Shown here: positions 40,149-56,463 of the stretch, one piece after another
Layout of the letters: each line of letters begins with the position of its first letter
Position numbering within the stretch: position 1 is the first letter of the stretch
Assembly: GCF_009914755.1 (NCBI RefSeq)
Contig: NC_060928.1
DNA: 64,000 nt
Direction: 5' to 3' (one strand)
Origin: the human T2T-CHM13v2.0 reference genome, Homo sapiens
The notes under the pieces: model-generated
Database searches by the model: none
What the model was told of the DNA's origin: nothing
What the model saw: the letters and a program-made list of their open reading frames with translations, nothing else
Translations under genes and position numbers: made by a program

Positions 40149-40487
40149 GGCTGGGCACAGTGGTTCATGCCTCTCATGCCTATAATCCCAACAGTTTGGG
40201 AGGCCAAGGTGGGAGGTTTACTTGAGGCCAGGAGTTTGAGACCAGCCTGGGCAACATAGCCAGACCCCATCTCCACAAAAAATAGAAAGATTAGCCAGAT
40301 GTAGTGGCACGTGCCTGTAGTCCCACGTGCCTGTAGTCCCAGCTGCTTGGGAGGCTGAGATGAGAGGATTGCTTGAGTCCAGGCGTTCAAGGTTACAATG
40401 AGCTGTGGTCACACTACTGCACCCCAGCCTGGGCAACAGAATGAGACCCTTTTTCTAAGAAAAATAAAAAGGTAAAAAAAAAAAAAA
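40149..40487 (+). mobile_element. AluJ-like SINE with two internal tandem duplications
   Basis: Alu dimer with tcatgcct duplicated near 40165 and cacgtgcctgtagtcc duplicated at 40308-40339. Confidence 0.93.
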
Positions 40488-41645
40488 GTCCTTTTTTTTT
40501 TAAACGAGAGGAGGGAGTCCTTTTGCCTCTTATTGGTATGTTATAGGCAATTTAGTGCTTCATCAGGCAGTAGCATCAAAAGTCTAATATGTAGAGGTAA
40601 ATACGTAATGCCATTGATGTATGACATTAATTTAATTTGAAATGAAGAAAACTTATTACCGGGAGTTATATTAATATCACTGCTACATTTACGTTTAAGG
40701 TATAATGTTTTCCTTGAACAATGAATTCATTGACTCGTTCATAAGCCAAAATCTATACACAGTTTTTAAATTAATCAACAGGTGAAATTTGATTGTTTGT
40801 TTTTTTAAAACGCCAACAGCCTGCTAGTCTGTCAGTGGTTGTCCTAATCAGAGATAATCTGGCACATCTCAAACCATTGAGGATTGGTCACAGAAAGATG
40901 TCATCATCCAGCATTGCGTCCACACAGTCAACAGTAGAGTTTGATAAATATATTTAATGAGTGCCTACTATATGCATCTGGGTCATGAGATAGTGATCCT
41001 ATTCTCAAGGAGCATAAATTTGAACATTGTACGAACTAGGTGATATTTGTTACTAGAGTTTTGTTTGAACGTTTTATTCTCTCATAAACATTTATTTAAT
41101 ACCTGCAGTGATGAAGTTACTCTGCCATGTATTGGGATGGATTCCAAAGTGAGTAAGAGATAGTTTCTGCTTTTCCATTGCTTGTAAATAAACAAGGTAG
41201 ATGGGTAGGCATTATAATGCAATGAAAGCAGATTATGATATGTAGCATCAGACAACTGTAAACAGAATGTAACAGGAGTTCTGAAGAGGAGATCATGTCC
41301 AGCCGAGTTGACCAGGACAAGTGACTTTTAAGTTTGGCCTAGATTGAGATAGAAATAAATGGAATTTTTATGATAAGATTATGTGACTATACTACATACC
41401 AGGTATATTGACTTGGAGAATAATATTAATGAGTGATTGCAAAGCATGTATCTTGAAGTTCTTGTCTACATTTGCCTTTTTCTTTCCTTACGTTATTTAC
41501 TACAGAAATTTTAAAAATGCAATCTACTACCTTAACATAAATTAATACATCTTAGAAGTAATGATAAAATTAAATTTACTATAATCATTATTGGCTGATA
41601 CTTGAATTGCCCTTGGAACGAGTTAAAGGTATCATAAACTTTCTG

Positions 41646-41958
<313 letters not shown>

Positions 41959-42082
41959 TTAATAAGGTCACGGGAGCTGATTGTAATATTTAGTTTCCCT
42001 CTGAATAGATTAATTTAAAGTAGTCATGTAATGTTTTTTTGGTTGCTGACAAATGTCTTTTTATTCCAAGCAGGACTATAAT

Positions 42083-43420
42083 ATGGATTTAGAGCTCGAC
42101 GAGTATTATAACAAGACACTTGCCACAGAGAATAATACTGCTGCCACTCGGAATTCTGATTTCCCAGTCTGGGATGACTATAAAAGCAGTGTAGATGACT
42201 TACAGTATTTTCTGATTGGGCTCTATACATTTGTAAGTCTTCTTGGCTTTATGGGGAATCTACTTATTTTAATGGCTCTCATGAAAAAGCGTAATCAGAA
42301 GACTACGGTAAACTTCCTCATAGGCAATCTGGCCTTTTCTGATATCTTGGTTGTGCTGTTTTGCTCACCTTTCACACTGACGTCTGTCTTGCTGGATCAG
42401 TGGATGTTTGGCAAAGTCATGTGCCATATTATGCCTTTTCTTCAATGTGTGTCAGTTTTGGTTTCAACTTTAATTTTAATATCAATTGCCATTGTCAGGT
42501 ATCATATGATAAAACATCCCATATCTAATAATTTAACAGCAAACCATGGCTACTTTCTGATAGCTACTGTCTGGACACTAGGTTTTGCCATCTGTTCTCC
42601 CCTTCCAGTGTTTCACAGTCTTGTGGAACTTCAAGAAACATTTGGTTCAGCATTGCTGAGCAGCAGGTATTTATGTGTTGAGTCATGGCCATCTGATTCA
42701 TACAGAATTGCCTTTACTATCTCTTTATTGCTAGTTCAGTATATTCTGCCCTTAGTTTGTCTTACTGTAAGTCATACAAGTGTCTGCAGAAGTATAAGCT
42801 GTGGATTGTCCAACAAAGAAAACAGACTTGAAGAAAATGAGATGATCAACTTAACTCTTCATCCATCCAAAAAGAGTGGGCCTCAGGTGAAACTCTCTGG
42901 CAGCCATAAATGGAGTTATTCATTCATCAAAAAACACAGAAGAAGATATAGCAAGAAGACAGCATGTGTGTTACCTGCTCCAGAAAGACCTTCTCAAGAG
43001 AACCACTCCAGAATACTTCCAGAAAACTTTGGCTCTGTAAGAAGTCAGCTCTCTTCATCCAGTAAGTTCATACCAGGGGTCCCCACTTGCTTTGAGATAA
43101 AACCTGAAGAAAATTCAGATGTTCATGAATTGAGAGTAAAACGTTCTGTTACAAGAATAAAAAAGAGATCTCGAAGTGTTTTCTACAGACTGACCATACT
43201 GATATTAGTATTTGCTGTTAGTTGGATGCCACTACACCTTTTCCATGTGGTAACTGATTTTAATGACAATCTTATTTCAAATAGGCATTTCAAGTTGGTG
43301 TATTGCATTTGTCATTTGTTGGGCATGATGTCCTGTTGTCTTAATCCAATTCTATATGGGTTTCTTAATAATGGGATTAAAGCTGATTTAGTGTCCCTTA
43401 TACACTGTCTTCATATGTAA
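42083..43420 (+). CDS. NPY5R: Neuropeptide Y receptor Y5, 445 aa from the spliced start; the in-frame ATG at 42053 is intronic
   Basis: MDLELDEYYNKTL..., seven TM segments, LAFSD, VRY at the DRY position, very long ICL3, SWMPL, NPILY, short tail ending HCLHM*. Acceptor AAGCAG ends at 42073. Confidence 0.98.
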   Translation: MDLELDEYYNKTLATENNTAATRNSDFPVWDDYKSSVDDLQYFLIGLYTFVSLLGFMGNLLILMALMKKRNQKTTVNFLIGNLAFSDILVVLFCSPFTLTSVLLDQWMFGKVMCHIMPFLQCVSVLVSTLILISIAIVRYHMIKHPISNNLTANHGYFLIATVWTLGFAICSPLPVFHSLVELQETFGSALLSSRYLCVESWPSDSYRIAFTISLLLVQYILPLVCLTVSHTSVCRSISCGLSNKENRLEENEMINLTLHPSKKSGPQVKLSGSHKWSYSFIKKHRRRYSKKTACVLPAPERPSQENHSRILPENFGSVRSQLSSSSKFIPGVPTCFEIKPEENSDVHELRVKRSVTRIKKRSRSVFYRLTILILVFAVSWMPLHLFHVVTDFNDNLISNRHFKLVYCICHLLGMMSCCLNPILYGFLNNGIKADLVSLIHCLHM

Positions 43421-44140
43421 TAATTCTCACTGTTTACCAAGGAAAGAACAAATGCTGGGGTCATATAAAATATATTTATGATAACTATTTACATATAATA
43501 AATAGAAATTTTGTTAACATGGAATTTAATTTATGTGAAAGAGTTCTGGATTCAAATGTCAGTTCATAATATATGGAAGATAATTTTATGTGTTATAGTA
43601 GGATTAATTTATTTAGTTGTGCAGTCAGTGTCAATCCAATCTGTAATTTCACTTTAGAAGGTTGTATTACCTTCCACTTCCATGTTGTCTTATAAACAAA
43701 TGAATTGTATTTTTTGTTGAAAGTAAAAGTTATATCTAACCAACTCAGTACTTTTGTCCAAAAATATAATAAGAAAAAATTTTTCTCGAGGAACTTTTAA
43801 TTTCAAACTTGAAGAATATCTACCAGCTATCTATATTCATTTCTACTCCATAGGCTTCTTAATGTTTAGTTTGTGAAGTACAGAAAAAATTTAATATGCC
43901 TGGAAAATCACAACTAAATGACAGATGTATGCCCAAATTATGATTATAATCTTCAACATTAAGTACAGTTTTGGAAGTCCTGTAGGAAAATGCTATTGCC
44001 TATTGAGAATTGGTCAAATTGTCAATTTAACTCCACTGTCCTAGTAATACACAAGTAATTTACCAAATAAAGAATTTTAAATCCTTTCCAGACTCATTAT
44101 ACAACATTAAACACTACCAATAAAAGTTGTTTTCATATAC
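43421..44140 (+). other. NPY5R: NPY5R AU-rich 3'UTR with candidate polyadenylation signals; end uncertain
   Basis: AATAAA at 43497-43502, 44066-44071 and 44119-44124; ATTAAA at 44106-44111. Confidence 0.55.
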
Positions 44141-46213
44141 ATCTTTTCTATTCTAAAATGTGAAGTCTAAATGGTATCTGTATTTCCAATTATTAAATAA
44201 TTTTAAAGAATATTTTAAATGTGCACAGATAAATTTTTTTTGGCCAACATATAGAATGATTAATATACTTTATACTGTTTCAATACTGTAGTCTCATATG
44301 CTGTCTTGTTAAATTGAGGTCAGTCTTTTCAATTGTTGAAACTTTGTTTTAGCCTAGTCTTTTAAAGAACCAAGTATCTGAAAAAAAATAGCATATTTTC
44401 ATATACGATTCAGATGTTCATAATAACATTGACATCTTCAGTTCCTATAACTGATTTAAGCCTTTTCCATATTGATTCCTGTTCATAATACGGGAAAACA
44501 ATGAAACAAAACAAACACAAAAGCTCTAAGTTTACAAGTAATAAGCCATGCTGGTAAGTATTTAATTAATTAAAAATCCAAAATCTCTATGGGGCATTCT
44601 TTATGCCCTTCTTCTTCCCTGGATGATATCCACATACGGGAAATTGGTGTGATTTCTTGCCACAGGGAAAATAGTGCTGGTCTACAAAATATCCTCTACT
44701 GGTTCCTGCTGAACTCCAGTTGAGGCACGATAATGTTGCCTTGTTTCTGTGTTACATCAGGCTCTGCTGTACCATGTATGCTCTGTTCTCAACAACGTTA
44801 AGGCCTCAGAGTCCAGCTCCAGAATCCCCAACCCCTGCTGACATGGTAGGATTGATATTCTCATTGACTTAAACTGTCGTTGCTTGAGTGTCAGCCACAT
44901 CCTCTGTTTTGTTCAAAGGTTAGGCTGTCTACTCTGTGGAGTCTTGCTATGCAGTCAATGACATTGCCCCTTGCCAAACCTGGAAACTATTGGAGAACTT
45001 TACATTCATCACTGGAACTCCACAGGAACTTACGAAACACTATTCCTCACATAGATAACAAAGAACTGAGGCAACTTGGGCTTACTCAGGCTTTCTCTCT
45101 GCTCATATGTGATAAGCTGCCCTATCAACTCTGTTGTGTCCAGTCCATGTTGGTACAATAGCACTCTGCCTCTCAGTCCTTTTTTAGACTTTCAAATATA
45201 AATCTGGTCACAAGCCCCCTCTGCTTTTAGCTTCCCTCGAATCTTTCTGGTGCTATATGAGTGCCTGTCCCAAGTTTTTATATTATAACAGATGGAAAAG
45301 GTGAAAAAACTTGGTTCACTTTTGCTTTTCTGTTTTCCTCTTTCCTTTTTATTCTAAGGGATTCTACTTTTTTCTGCCTAGTAAGAATGTCCCTCACGAA
45401 TATCATCCCTTTTCTCTGCACTATGACATAGTAGAACTATGTTAATCAAGGCTTGCTTTTGGAAGGGAAGATTTTTGTGATTAAAACTTTTTTTTTCTTC
45501 TCTCAATCTCACCATGGACAAAAGAAGAAGGGAAAGGGGAGTAATCTGAGGACTGACCTCTCATTTAAAAGCAATTGGCATTTGCACTTTCACTAGCACA
45601 ATTAATTTCAAGGTTCGATGTTAGTGGCTGAAGGGAGAAAAATCTCACCGATAAGGGCTCATATAAATGCATAGGGAGGTGTTTTATCCTGTTAGAAAAA
45701 CTTGCATTAGCAAATATACAATAACTGCCAAACTTCACAGGTTTTATGGCTGTTGATAGATGAGTTTACTTCAGCTGGATAAACTAATTTGAGGCTCTTA
45801 AACTATTGAACTCGAAGCAAGAAATTTATCTTTCCTAAACAGAAATAACCGAATGTTCTTAATAATTGAAAGTTGAGAACTTTGGATGGGCTGGTGGACA
45901 GAAGTCATTGAGATTGGGATTAATGGTTTTAGAAGATTATTATGAATAATGATTTATTTTATAGACACTTGCTTAGTGAGTTAAACAATTTATGTTCATT
46001 CAACTCTCCATTGCTCAAAGGCTGATTATCTTTTTCCTATTCTCTCCTGGTGTCTGACTTGATTACTTGTTAGCATCTTCACAAAAGCATGGCTAGGGGA
46101 AATGAGATGAAATTATAAACAGTCAACCTCATTACTTTTTTGCAATTATTTAGAAATATTTAATTCAGGAAGAGATGTTACATTGGGTGTTACTGGTTAT
46201 TTAAATTATTCCT

Positions 46214-46510
<297 letters not shown>

Positions 46511-46639
46511 TTATTCCTTCCAGCTATGTTGCCCATTACTGTGAAAAATAAAACACCAGATTTTTTTTTTAAAAAAGCTGGCAAAAGCACAAAGAGCAAT
46601 TCAATTAAATGATGAAGAAATATATATGAGGATTATTTT

Positions 46640-47760
46640 AACCAACAGATGTCTATTGAATATCTAGTGTGTACTAGGGACTCTTTTAGGTAACAGACCA
46701 AAAAGATCCCTACTCATTTGATGCTGGCTTTCTGGAAAGTGGGGAGTCAGTGGCAGGAGGTGAACAAGCAATAGAAATAAGAACAATAAAATGAAGTATA
46801 TAGTAGTGGTACACTATATAGATACATGTATTGTTTCCAAAGGCTGCCAAAACAAAGCACCACAAGCTGGGTGGCTTAAAACAACAGACGTTTATTGTCT
46901 CACAGTTCTAGAGGCTAGAAGCCTGAAATCAGTGTGTCTGCAGGACCATGCTCCATCCGAAACCTGAAGGAGAGTCCTTCCTTGCCCCTTTCTGGCTTCT
47001 GGGGCTAGCTGGCAATCTTTGGTATTCCTTGCAGCTGCATAACTCCAACCTCTGCCTTGTCATATGATGTTCTCCCTGTGTCTCTGTGCTCCAGTCTCTC
47101 TCTTCTTATAAAAACACCAGTCATATTGGATCACCCCCCAAACCCATCCACACTCTAGCAGAACATCATCTTAGTTGAACTAACTACATCTGCCATGTCT
47201 TTATTTTCAAATGAGGTCATATTCTGAGGTATTGGAGACTAATATTTCAGTATTTTTTTAGGCAGGAGGACAATTCAACCCAATAACAGTATATTAGTAG
47301 TAATGATTAGAATCTTAATACAATACAGAGCAGGGTCAGAAGTCACGCGCATGTGGCATGAGGGAAAAAAAGAGATGGATGCAACTTCAAATGGGATGGT
47401 TCCATACTTTCATTGAGAAGATGACTTTTGTGCAAAGACTAGGAAGAGGTGAGGAAGTGAGCTGTGTGACTACTGGGGAAAAGAGGACTGCAGGCAGAAG
47501 GTACAGCCAGTGCAAAGGCTTTGAAGCCAGGAGCACACTGAATGTCAAAGGAGCAGGAAGGTTTCACTGTAGCAGAAGTGCAACAGACAGAAATGAAGCA
47601 AGGAGCCGGTTTAGGGACAGATGACACAGGTCCTTGTAGGTATTTGTAAGGATGTTGAATTTCACTTTTGGTGAAATGAGGAGTTATTGTGGATATTGAT
47701 CAGCGAGAAGACATAATCTGTCTTACACTAAAAAGATAGCTGTAGTTATGAAAACAGACT
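46640..47760 (-). mobile_element. L2 LINE fragment interrupted by an MLT1 LTR
   Basis: caacagatgtctattgaatatctagtgtg...; gagaagatgacttttgtgcaaagact...cagccagtgcaaaggctttga. Confidence 0.7.
46827..47288 (-). mobile_element. MLT1-type MaLR solo LTR
   Basis: ggctgccaaaacaaagcaccacaagctgggtggcttaaaacaacag...ggtcatattctgaggt...caattcaacccaataaca. Confidence 0.88.
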
Positions 47761-47769
47761 GTGTTCCTC

Positions 47770-48130
47770 TAACTTCATTTGTGATATTCACCACCATGGA
47801 TGCTTAATGCCAATATATATGTTAGTTCACTGGGGGTTGCAAAAATGGTGAAGTTTTAATTCTATTATTTATTTCACATTTATTAGATTAAATACATTAA
47901 TGAAAAGATACTTTCTTGTATCTATAATTTGGTTATGCAATGGTACAGTTCATTTAGGAAAGACAATGAAAGTTTGATACTATCTCTTTATTTACGAATT
48001 GTTAGAAAGTGATCAACTCATGGATGTAAACACATTTGATTGGCTTTGATTCATTGCCTTTATTATCATTATTGAAGCTCAAATAGTTCCATCTTTGGCC
48101 AGTAGGAGCTCCTTCAAGTTACCTCCAGGT
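47770..48130 (-). mobile_element. Very old L1 (L1MC4/L1ME-type) 3' fragment
   Basis: gctcaaatagttccatctttggccagtaggagctccttcaagtt resembles a recalled consensus. Confidence 0.5.
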
Positions 48131-51100
48131 CATTATGTTTTTTTGGTTCAGTATTTATAATTTTTACCTGTGAAACAGTCTGATACAGTAGAAGCTACTT
48201 AATCACAACAGAAGAAGGTGTCCATTATGTGAATTCTAAATCATAAATGATAATGGGAAAATTTGAAAGAATGAGAGTTTCTCAACCATGGGATTTTAGG
48301 TTTCTCTCTCTTTCTCTCAATAGGTTTCCTAAAGGGGTTGAACGTCAAGAGCTAGTCAGCATAATATTGAACTTGGATAATCCTGAACACTTTTAGTAAT
48401 TTTATTATACTCCATGTAATTTGTTTTAAAGGCAGGCTAATGCAACGCATGCAGTTCAATGTAAATCAGAAACATTTATCAAAAGTGTTAAAAGCTAGGA
48501 CTGTTTAGTAGTGGATATTCAGGAAAATAGCTTTTCCAGGTGAAATGGTGGTCAGTCTGGCACTAACTACTCTCAAATTCACCATAGAAGTGTTTGTGAG
48601 GATGGTGATAAAAAGGATGACAAGATATTACAATTATATTCTTTTACGTTTTCCATGAAAATTCTTGTTCCTAGTATTGCATCCTAAATACAGGTTTATC
48701 ATCCTTTATAAATCATTACTGAGCTGACCGGAACTCATAAGATGCTAATTATGGTCTTTATTTAGCCCACTTGGCAGGTATCGTCATGCATTTTGCTACG
48801 GAAATATTAATATTTTTGATTATAGACAGCGACCCCAGACCACACTGGGGGTAGTAAATAATGCATAGCATGGATATCCATATAATATTTATATCCAATA
48901 TGAAGTTATATTAATATTTTTCTAAATATGCTGGATCTCAGAATTTTAGATACAGGGTTATGGATATACAATCTATATATCTACTACTTACTTATTCCCC
49001 ATCAACTACACTTTAGTAAATAATTTCTTTGGACTTTTTTATTCCTTATGTATGTAGGTAGGTATCTATTTAAAAAAAGTGTCAGTAGATCTGTCACATA
49101 AGTCTAAATTTTCTAGTTCTAAAGTTCATACCCTTTTCTTAGATGCTAGCTTGGAAAACCCGCCGTCTAAATTCCCTAATCCTTGAGATAAGAGGTCTAG
49201 AATAGCAATAGTTTTTGGCAGGCATGGCAATTCTGATTAGTCTTGGGTGCTTGGATACCAGGTAGCAGGGACTGTAAAGGCCTCTCTGGTCTCTGGAGAT
49301 GGGGGGTGATATGAATGATGTCCAGTGCCTTCCCTGGAGGCAAAGAAGCAAAATCAGAGCAGCACTGGTGTGGACCTTGCTTCAGTCCATTTTCCCATCT
49401 AATCCAGGCACAGTCTCTAGGCTTCCTCTTTTCAACAATTGAATCGAAACCTAACAATTAGAAAACATTATAATGATTATTGGTATGATAAAAATATGAA
49501 GTGTTATTTTATCATCATAGTTGTTGTCATCACTGTCATCATAGACAATGGAAGCTTATTATTTGCTAGACACACTGAAGGCACTTTACGTGAGTGATCT
49601 CATTTGCATCCCTGCCTTCAAGGACAGTGCCATTGGTGCTGCTGTGTGTCAGTGTCTCCTTAGTGTGTTCTTTAGACCTTCGGGTAGCCCATGGAAGTAT
49701 TTTGGGCCATTAAAGTCACTAAAGACACAATTAGGTGCTATTTAAATATCCACTAAAATATTATTTATTTAATCTCCCTTCTTTTAACAGAGCAGTTTTG
49801 AGAGTTCCTATGTGCACATTGAGTGGAAGTTTAGGATGGTTAATATAGTCCAGAGAGCCTGCTGGTGACGCAGTAACTCAGCTGATAAAGCACTTAGCAG
49901 AATGCTGTAAACCACAGTGGTACTTTTGACCATTATACAGTTTGTAATTATTTTAAGACTTAGGCTTAGGTTGTTTAATATGGACCACTGTTGAATAGGA
50001 AACATAGGGAACACTGCGTTAAACTACAAGTTAATAAGGAGGATGATTGTGGTGATAAACCTGCAAATTTGTCTCAAGATGCTGTATAACAGCTTTAGAA
50101 ATTCCATTATCTAATTTAAATGTTTATATAGCATATTAAGATACTTCTATACCTAATAAAAACATTGTTAAATGAGAAAATAATTGGGCCTATTTGGTGT
50201 TTGATTTATTGGGAACAAAGATGATCAAATCCATAGTAAAGCTTTGAAGAGAAGCACTAAACTGCTAAAATATTGAATCATTTGGAATCAAAATGCAAAA
50301 ATATTATAAAGTTGAATTTATGAAGTACAAAATGAAACAACTACAAACATCAGATTGTGAAAGTAGGTTTTTGAGGGTTTTTTGTATATTATTAACTTCA
50401 TCAATATTTAGTTTCATCAGAATCTATAGTTTAAAATACATCTACCATCAAAGATACTATTTTTATTTGGGAATCGGTGAAGTTATTTCAATTTATTTTA
50501 AAGTAAGTTAAGTACCATGTGTATGTGCAAAAAAAATCAAAATCTCTCTCTCTCCCTACAGATATAGTGAATATTGTTAAAGGTAAATGAAAATAAGATC
50601 CTCCTCCCCCTAAAATTAAAAAAAGAGAATATATTAAACAGCAGCTTGGGCGGTCTCTATAGACACCTTTGTTGTACACTCGTACAAAGTGTAGAGCTAA
50701 GAGTTTGGTGGCAATTCAAGAGATAGAAAAGAAATAGGCAATAGAGGTCCACTCTGATCTTGGACTTTATTTGTTCTTGGTCTTTGTTAAAGTCTGCTGA
50801 CAGCCTTCCCACACTCAATGCTAACCAATTTGCAGTCCTCTTCTCCAATTAGCTGGTCTCACTTCTCTTTTCCCCTAGAGTTAACCAAGCATCTTTCACT
50901 GATTTTTTTTTTCTATCACCTTTTGTACACATTTTCCTTTTTTTCTATTGTGTATCTTGATTAAAATGGTGACAGATTATCCCCTACCCTAACTTTAATC
51001 ATTTTTCTTAAAGGACAATTTGATTCTTATTAGAGCTTTCTTTTTTGACTTATTAGAACATGATGGTGAAAAGATTTGTTTCTTGTTTGAACCTAATTCT

Positions 51101-51724
51101 ATTATCATAAGAGGTCTCTGTCAGAAGCTTTGCCACTTTTCGGATCACTGTATTTGTCTTCTCAGGGTTTAGGCAGCAGACACCTACATTTAGATTATTC
51201 TTTCAATTCCTGAGTCCTTTAAGGAATATATGTCCACTTTTTCTGCCTCCGTTTTACCAAAACCCAAGTTTTTTTGTTTCTTGTCCTCCAATAAGACAGA
51301 TAATTTCAGATACCTATATGTAGCTGTAATTTGCTAATCCTGACATGTAATCAAAAGGAATAGGAATGGGAGAGGGAGGGATGTCACAGGTAATTCAACG
51401 AAAATATTTGGCTGACTTTGCTATGCCTTTTTCACTTTGGAAAATTTACTGTTTTTGTTATCATATTCACATAAGTTCTTGATAAAACAGGTGTTTACTA
51501 CCCTGAATACACACTATTCCAGGATTACAGTGATGAGTAGCAAAGAAATGACTTCCTAATCACTTAGGTGGGTGATGAAGGGTTTATGGTGGTCAATACA
51601 ATAAACTGATATTTTCACTGTATCAATTTCAGGTGACCACAGAAAGCTTTGAAGTGCCTGATTTTAAAAAGTCATTTCCATTATTCTCATTGTACTCTTA
51701 TTCCAGCAACCAGGTGAAGATCTA

Positions 51725-53205
<1,481 letters not shown>

Positions 53206-55998
53206 CTTCTGTTTGCATAAATTTCTCACTCTCTCCTCTCTTTTTGGAACTCCTATTATGCCTATATTGATCTCATAGTAAAATGAGTTTGTTTTAGAAA
53301 ATTCTCTGTATTTTAATATATTTGTTATTTTCCCAAGGCCATTTTTCATCTTATTATGAAATGATAATATTCTTTAATTCTTATGCTTTTAAGTATTGTC
53401 ACTTTTAAAGTCTTTTGTGTATTTCCTTTGATTTGTGTGTTAGGTAAGCTAGGTGTTACAGAAGCATATCATTTTCTCTTTTCTGGTGATTACAAATAAT
53501 TGTCATAATCATTTCCTGCTCAAGCCCAACTTGCTGGTATGATGACAACAGCAGAAGTAGCAAACTAAATAATAGACCCTCAACTCTGGGTAACTTGTGT
53601 AGAATTCTTTCTTTTACTAGGAAAATTAGCCTCTGCTTTTCCCATGCCACAGGAAACTGTGGTATGGGTAAACACCAGCAACTACTACATCATAAAATGG
53701 GTATAGTAACTGGAACTTCCCTGAACTGACCAGAGAACCTGTGAAAATTCTCCAGGACCCAGAAACACATGTTTAGATTTACTTTTTTGTTGTTGTTATT
53801 GTTGTTCCTGTTTTGACTCCAACTTTCTTTTATGTTTTCTCTACTACCCATGGTAGAAAATAGTGCTTCCTATTTCAATGCTAAGATTTAGATGTGCAGA
53901 TCCACTATTTTAAGGTGATGTCATTAAATATGGGAGTAGTAGAAATCTCTAATGCCAGTTTACTTTCCTCTAAGTATGAGCAAACCATGTATTCAAAGAA
54001 CCAGATGTATATTTTCAGTATTCTGTAGAAACCAGTTGGAAGTGTTATACTGACACCACTTATTGTTTACTCTCCTTGTAATTTTGTTGGTGCTAATCTT
54101 TTCCTCTAAGATCAGGTTAATATTTGTAAAATGCTATTTGAACATACTTATATATTATAGTGTCAGTTTTCATTCATATCATTTTACTCCCTAATATTAG
54201 GAATTTCTGATTTCATAGTCTTTCTTTTCCAAAGAGTTTGTTTCAGGTGATTTTTACATTCGTTTAGGTGTTTTGATTATTTAGCCGTAAGTATGTAATT
54301 CTAACAAAAATCAATTTTCATTCCAACAGAAGTTTTAAAGAAAAATTTTCTTCTTATAGTAATCTGTGGATATAAAGGAAAATATGTAAAGTCTAACCAT
54401 ATAAAACTGCCAATAATCAATCATTTTGACTTACAAAAAATGATCATATCGTAAGCTTCAACCTATAAATAAAAGCCTGGAAGTTGTCCAACATTGGCAA
54501 GTTATAGAGGTTTAAGACTATTCCGGGAAGGAGATTTATTTTCTTCTACTTCTTTATATTTGTATAATGTTTCATTTATGTTTATTAGTTATAAAAAAAC
54601 TTAAGCTATATTAAAATACTATGGCATTCACTTTAAGAATATATGTGACAAGAGGGAGCTATGGAATCTCTTGAGAGCATTCCACTAAAATATAATCCCC
54701 ATGAAGGCAGAGACTTGTCTAAATTATTCATCAGTTTCTCCTCAGTGTTTATTTTGGTGCTTGGCTAAGCGAGTGATAAATAATTAAGTGTTGTAAGATC
54801 AAATCTATGAGCAGACATATAACAAGCCTTCTCAAATAATTAAATATATTTTTAGAATCAAGAGGGTTCATGAAGCACTGGGGCCTCAGTCACAAGACAT
54901 TATGAATCTTCAATCTTGGGTTTTGCCACAGAGGTGATTTAATTATTGTCCATGTATCTGCTTTTCTTCTGAGTAACTATCAACTCTTTATGAATTTGGT
55001 CTTCTCTATATATTATTCTCTTCTGTTTCCTTCCTATTTTCTCCACTTGCTATGACACTCCTCTCTTCTCAACATCAATTTTATCTCAGGATCCTAAATT
55101 TAATATCTGGTGTTTCTTAATTGCACCCCATTCACTTTGCTTATATTGCTAACTGCTTCATTTTTTCACAATAGGGACTAAGCATAGTACCTGACTAGAT
55201 AAATGGTATTTTTAGACACTGTGGGAAGTAAAAATGGTCACACAAAAATGATGTATCAGGCAGCTTTTATGGCCATTGGTCTAGAGATAGGAAGTCCAAA
55301 GTGGTAAATCCAGTGATGAAGAGAGAAAAAGTTGCCTAGTGGAAAAGTCCCTGTGGCAAGGGAGAAACTTTAGAATAATGATTACACTGTATGGTATTTA
55401 GTTTTCTACTGGTGAGTATGCTGTGCTATAATGTTGCATTCTTCCTCAGTATCACCTATCCCATTTTCTCCAGAAAATCTACAATACATAATAGTCTTGA
55501 TTAAGTGGCTGTTTTAGGGGATGAATGAAGTGGGATGGGGAGAGGGTGGCAACTAGAGGAGCCCAGAACAATGGTGAGAAGACGGACAATACTGGGAAGC
55601 AATCCTCAGCACATCTTCACTTAGGAGCAGACGTGATGTGAGGGAGAAACATTTCCCCCCATATATGAGATGAGAGTGGCCCTTGAAAAAGTTACACTTA
55701 AGACTCAGTGCTCCCTGTGTTTATTATCTCTGATGGTGACACAGTTGTAGTCACCCCTATGTCCTATTTTGCTTCCACTTTCCCAATTCCTTCTCATTCC
55801 TGATGTTCTCACTGGGGAAAATAAAAATAAAATTTTCTGCCAGTCCGCTGAATTCTCTCCACAAAGGTAGAAAATAATTAAGCAATTTCATTATTAGATA
55901 AACATTAAACCAGATTGCAATGCACATCACAGGCAATTTGCTAAAGCAATTTTAAGAACAGAAAGAAGTCTCACCATTTTATAAAAATAGGCAGATGC

Positions 55999-56327
<329 letters not shown>

Positions 56328-56463
56328 TCAAGATAAAGGATAACTTGTCCACCAGTAAGAAGACTTGACAGAACCATTCGCTCTACGTAGTTTATCCTAA
56401 GTTCACTTGGTACTGCGTGGACATCTGTGTTGGCTGATTGTCTTTATCCAAAATGTCTTATTC

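Noticed and set aside
48685-48970. Possible degenerate terminal inverted repeats of a small DNA transposon
   Set aside because: Too diverged to confirm by eye.
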